Shown: positions 61,692-64,000 of the stretch, in pieces
How the letters are laid out: each line of letters opens with the position of its first letter
Numbering within the stretch: position 1 is the first letter of the stretch
Assembly (NCBI GenBank): GCA_963783575.1
Contig: CAWAOD010000011.1
Coordinates: 224,001-288,000, forward strand
Direction: 5' to 3'
Source: an uncultured Spirochaetota bacterium
GTDB lineage: Bacteria; Spirochaetota; Brevinematia; Brevinematales; JAOACQ01
Length of the DNA stretch: 64,000 nt
Notes under the pieces: model-generated
The model's input: only the letters and a program-made list of their open reading frames with translations
Databases searched by the model: none
What the model was told of the DNA's origin: nothing
Position numbers and translations under genes: made by a program

Positions 61692-63770
61692 CTATTGTTC
61701 TTCCGCCACCGAAAGTCTTCTTTTCTCATCCATATCAAGGACTTTAACTTTAATCTTATCACCCAGCTTGTATGCATCTCTGGGATTCTTTTTAATAATA
61801 AAGTTGGATCTGTGTAAGAGCGCAGATTGGCCCGGCGCTAGATCTACAAAAACCCCATAATCCTCGATGCGGATAACTGTTCCAATAACGACTTCGCCTT
61901 TCTTAAAACCGTTTACTATACGGTCAATTATATAAGCGGCCTTATCAATCTGGCCTAAATCCTTGGATGAAATCATTACTTTTCCGTCATCTTCAATCGA
62001 AATATTAACCTCAGTTTCTGCCATAATTCTTTTTATTGTTCTGCCTCCCCCTCCGATAACGGAACCGATTTCTTTTTCGGGAATAATCATAGTCTTAATC
62101 TTTGGAGCATTATCGGATAAGGAATCCCTTGGTGATGAGATAGCTTCATTCATTTTATTTAAAATAAATTGTTTGCCTTCCCATGCCTGTTCCAGGGCAT
62201 TTTTCATAATTTCACCAGTTAAACCTATGGTTTTTACATCCATCTGAAAAGCTGTTATGCCTATATCTGTTCCGGCAACCTTAAAATCCATGTCCCCATA
62301 ATGATCCTCAAGCCCCTGAATATCTGATAAGACTTTATATTTCCCGCTTTCCTTATCCCAGACAAGACCCATAGCTATTCCGGCAACAGGCTTTTTAATC
62401 GGGACGCCTGTAGCCATCAGGGCAAGGCTGGAACTGCATACTGTCGCCATTGAAGAAGATCCGTTCGATTCCAGAACCTCCGAAACCATTCGGATCGTGT
62501 AAGGAAAGACTGATTCATCGGGGAGTACAACCGTAATTGCGCGCTCGGCAAGATGGCCATGACCGATTTCCCTTCTAGAGGTCATCAATGTCTTTTTTAC
62601 CTCGCCGGTACTAAAGGGGGGGAAATTATAGTGGAGCATAAAACGCTTGGGTTCGTCTTCTTCAAGTGTGTCAACATATTGAACATCGCTGGATGAGCCA
62701 AGGGTTACTACTCCAAGGCTCTGAGTTTGACCACGAGTAAAAAGAGCAGAGCCATGAACGCTTTCCAGTACATCCAGTTCAATGGAAATCTGACGGATTT
62801 CATCAGGTTTTCTGCCATCAGGGCGGATTCCTTTTTCAATTATCCCCTTTCTCATAATTTCTATTTCCAGTTCTTCAAGGAACTTATTGGCTTCCGGATA
62901 GACATCGCTGTCTTTATTGATGTCAAAATGTTTCAGGATCGATTCATAAGCTTCGGATATGTTTTTTGACCTTAGCTTTTTATCAGGATTAACACTGTAT
63001 TGTTCAATAAGAGGATAGCCGAATTCTTTAATCCTACTTTTCATTTCTTCCGTCAATAGGGTTTTCGATTCATCAAACTCGATCTTAACAGGCTTAATTT
63101 TATCGACAAGCTCTTCAATTAACTCAATTTCTTCGTTTATGTACTTTTGGGCTATTTCAAGAGCTTTTAAAAGAATCTCTTTATCAACCTCTTTCGCTCC
63201 GCCTTCAACCATAGTCAACCCGCTTTTTGTACCTGCGGCTACTATATCCAGCTGAGAATTGTCAACTTCTATCATCGATGGGTTTACGATAAATTCACCG
63301 TCTTTATAGACAATCCTTACCCCTCCGGCCGGTTCCAGAAAAGGAATGGAGGAAATCGATAAAGCTGCCGATGCACCAATAATGCCAAGGATATCGGTTG
63401 AATATATCTGATCTGCGGATAATGTTGTAGCAATAACCTGTACTTCATTATAAAAATTTTTCGGAAATAACGGTCTGATAGGCCTATCAATCAGCCTTGA
63501 AACCAGAACCTCTTTTTCGCTAGGCTTGCCTTCCCTTTTAATATATCCTCCCGGTATTTTTCCCGCAGCATAAAATTTCTGAATATAATTTACGGTTAAT
63601 GGGAAAAAATCAATCCCCAGAGGAATTTCTTTTGACATACAGGCTGTAACCAGTACCGCGTTCCTGCCATATTTTACTACCACAGCGCCGTCGGCCAGCT
63701 TGGCCATTTTCCCTGTTTCGATAATAATTTCTTTACCGCCAATCTGCCTTGATACGCTTATAAAACTCAT
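61692..63770 (-). CDS. pnp: Polyribonucleotide nucleotidyltransferase
   Basis: DFFPLTV, RLIDRPIRPLF, RREIGHG, ESNGSSSMA and GDMDFKVAG, plus KH and S1 domains. Confidence 0.98.
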   Translation of the reverse strand: MSFISVSRQIGGKEIIIETGKMAKLADGAVVVKYGRNAVLVTACMSKEIPLGIDFFPLTVNYIQKFYAAGKIPGGYIKREGKPSEKEVLVSRLIDRPIRPLFPKNFYNEVQVIATTLSADQIYSTDILGIIGASAALSISSIPFLEPAGGVRIVYKDGEFIVNPSMIEVDNSQLDIVAAGTKSGLTMVEGGAKEVDKEILLKALEIAQKYINEEIELIEELVDKIKPVKIEFDESKTLLTEEMKSRIKEFGYPLIEQYSVNPDKKLRSKNISEAYESILKHFDINKDSDVYPEANKFLEELEIEIMRKGIIEKGIRPDGRKPDEIRQISIELDVLESVHGSALFTRGQTQSLGVVTLGSSSDVQYVDTLEEDEPKRFMLHYNFPPFSTGEVKKTLMTSRREIGHGHLAERAITVVLPDESVFPYTIRMVSEVLESNGSSSMATVCSSSLALMATGVPIKKPVAGIAMGLVWDKESGKYKVLSDIQGLEDHYGDMDFKVAGTDIGITAFQMDVKTIGLTGEIMKNALEQAWEGKQFILNKMNEAISSPRDSLSDNAPKIKTMIIPEKEIGSVIGGGGRTIKRIMAETEVNISIEDDGKVMISSKDLGQIDKAAYIIDRIVNGFKKGEVVIGTVIRIEDYGVFVDLAPGQSALLHRSNFIIKKNPRDAYKLGDKIKVKVLDMDEKRRLSVAEEQ

Positions 63771-63895
63771 ATTTTCTCCTTATAAAACTCCATTTTCTCT
63801 TTAATCTCTTTAACTTAAATTTTCGAATATTTTTACGGAGTAATTTATGTTAAAAAAACAATTGTCTTTTATCAATAATAGACTTTCTTCAAATA

Positions 63896-63928
63896 ATCTG
63901 ATCCATGATTTTAAATCATGGATCAGAT
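63896..63928 (-). terminator. Hairpin after rpsO
   Basis: ATCTGATCCATGATTT/AAATCATGGATCAGAT. Confidence 0.65.
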
Positions 63929-63938
63929 ATAAATTGAA

Positions 63939-64000
63939 TTATTTAATTCCAAGCTTTTTGGCCAGGTTATGGTATCTTTCAGGACTCACTTTCTGCAAGT
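63939..64000 (-). CDS. rpsO: 30S ribosomal protein S15, C-terminal end (partial)
   Basis: LQKVSPERYHNLAKKLGIK* in the classic rpsO-pnp gene order. Confidence 0.8.
   Translation of the reverse strand, partial: LQKVSPERYHNLAKKLGIK

Overview
Low-GC bacterial chromosomal window. A Spirochaetota origin is inferred from tRNA-Arg(GCG), spirochaete-style lipoproteins and the gene content, and is not proven. From left to right it holds the 3' end of a U32 peptidase gene, tRNA-Arg(GCG) and tRNA-Ser(CGA) with a tRNA-linked repeat, a GC-rich frameshifted katG, a TAXI-type receptor and a TonB-dependent receptor. An IS1182-family element is inserted into a structured repeat. An ~8 kb putative defence island follows (palindrome-bracketed HTH gene, PHP-ABC ATPase, conserved hypothetical, EVE/NucS-like nuclease and an N6-adenine methylase), bounded by two inverted, covarying structured repeats. 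After hisD lies an unusual trp operon (GNAT-trpE-chorismate mutase-four methyltransferases-trpGD-trpC) under an unannotated aromatic-rich leader peptide and attenuator. Two near-identical IS1182 copies and a 99-bp MITE all sit at the same position of a REP-like target. The rest comprises rpsA, an ECF sigma/VWA pair, a surface polysaccharide cluster, two paralogous lipoproteins, pnp and the end of rpsO. All nine frameshifts found are +1 insertions and are probably assembly errors.
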